From: Amoebidium appalachense
Taxonomy: Eukaryota > Protista > Ichthyosporea
Assembly: GCA_963693365.1 (NCBI GenBank)
Contig: CAVNZM010000011.1
Span: 6,901,921-6,965,920, forward strand
DNA length: 64,000 nt
Direction of reading: 5' to 3'
Positions 62,808 to 64,000 of the stretch are shown piece after piece. The position numbers and the translations under genes were made by a program. Within the stretch, counting starts at the first letter, position 1; each line of letters starts with the position of its first letter. The notes beneath the pieces were generated by a model. That model ran no database searches. It saw nothing but the letters and a program-made list of their open reading frames with translations, and was not told where the DNA came from.

Positions 62808-63319
62808 TAAGCTGTGCAGGCAGAACGTGATTATGTATGTGGTCATTTTTCCTTCTCTTTTCTTTTCCTTTTTTTTTTTTTTTTTTTTTTTTGTCGTTTT
62901 TCTTATTGTAGTAGTGGTGAGTGTGTGTTAAGGGGCGCGGCGGGGAGGGGGGGGGGGGGGGGGGGGAGGCAGGTAGCGAGCGAGAGAGAGGGGGGGGGGG
63001 GAGGGGGGAGGTCCTCACTCCTGAAATTCACGCCTCTCGGCAAGGTGGTGGCTGCACCGCCCAAATTGCACCCGCTATCTGTCAAGACCTTCTTCACGCA
63101 CGCTTCGCCGGATCCCCCGGGACACGTTTTTTCATCAACTTTTACACCGCAGGTACACTGACGACACATTTTCTGAACCTTTGAGCCCACGGCTATCGCG
63201 TTCGTGCAGTATTTGTATTTGATCAGGGCGACGGCGGCAGGGGTGCATACGGCTCCCACGTTGCTCGCTTCTTTGATCACGCACCCTTCCTCCACGGATT
63301 TTTCGCACTTGGGCGTAAC
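62546..63319 (-). CDS. 3' exons of a second Cys-rich protein related to the 6905-14842 gene; 5' part runs off the window
   Basis: Exon from 63319 (acceptor after (CA)n) to ~63032 or 63019 (donor uncertain): VTPKCEKSVEEGC...VCTPAAVALIKYKYC...CRQCTCG..TCPGGSGEACVKKVLTDSGCNLGGAATTL. Terminal exon 62638-62546: ARDVKGICDVTEPHGKQLDISLTIPGYNDV*. Confidence 0.7.
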
Positions 63320-63324
63320 CTGTT

Positions 63325-63367
<43 letters not shown>

Positions 63368-64000
63368 AGAGGGGCAGGGGGGCAGGGGGGAGGAGGGTGG
63401 GGGAAGGAGGGTGGTGAAGGAGGGTTGGAGAAGAGGAGGAAGGGGATGGGGATGGGGGGAGGGGGGGGGGGGGGGGGGGAAGAAGATTAGAATGCATTAA
63501 GGAGTGCCAAAGCACACATTTATCACCATGATGCAAATAATTCTGAAGAGCACGCACAAAGAATACGGGTAGAAGCAAATTGTAAGTTGTGTTTTTGTGT
63601 GTGTTTGAGTGTGTGTGTGTGTGTACACGGGGAGGCGAAGGGGAGGGTAAGACTCTCCAGAACGACACAAAATCAATCATGAGTGGGTGGGTAAATGGGA
63701 GAGGGATTCATTGATCCCCTTGTGTGTGTGTGTGTGTGTGTGTGCGCACACACATGCGTAGACACACGCGTTCCGTGTGAACATGCAGGTGGCGGTTGGT
63801 GGGTGGGTGTATGTGTGTGTGTGTGTGTCCGGAGGAGGGGTTGGGGTGTGGTGTAGAATACGTTTTACAGGGTACAAAGTGTACATCCTCGGGCACACAC
63901 ACACACACACACACACACACTCATTGGGAAGGGATGGGGGGGGGGGGGGGGGGGGGGGAAGGGGAAGGGGAGGGGAGGGGAAAGGGGGTGGGGTGGGAGG

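Overview
Eukaryotic (probably protist-type, lineage not determinable from sequence alone) nuclear DNA with short exons separated by GT-AG introns swollen with poly(C)/poly(G), (CA)n/(GT)n and (GA)n/(CT)n tracts. Almost all ORFs in the supplied track are microsatellite artefacts. By manual splicing I reconstruct: an intronless secreted PL14-type polysaccharide lyase (+); a 10-exon, ~808-aa secreted Cys-rich repeat protein (+) and the 3' end of an apparent relative at the window end (-); DDA1 (+); a mitochondrial ETF-beta lysine methyltransferase ETFBKMT/METTL20 (-); a bacterial-like tandem SdrD-B domain gene or pseudogene (-); and a ~565-aa CorA/MIT Mg2+ channel with two N-terminal EF-hands (+, about 18 exons). 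Non-coding highlights: a ~105-bp dispersed element lying sense-oriented in introns, decayed 'ghost' copies of exon ends with their splice sites in adjacent introns, (CA)n tracts in place of polypyrimidine tracts at acceptors, a 32-bp TIR element with an exact 8-bp TSD, a ~345-bp MITE, and a 41-bp minisatellite whose units each carry a hairpin and a micro-ORF. Three small indels in short repeats suggest an unpolished long-read assembly, so homopolymer lengths and frameshifts should be treated with caution. All gene models are manual and need RNA-seq.
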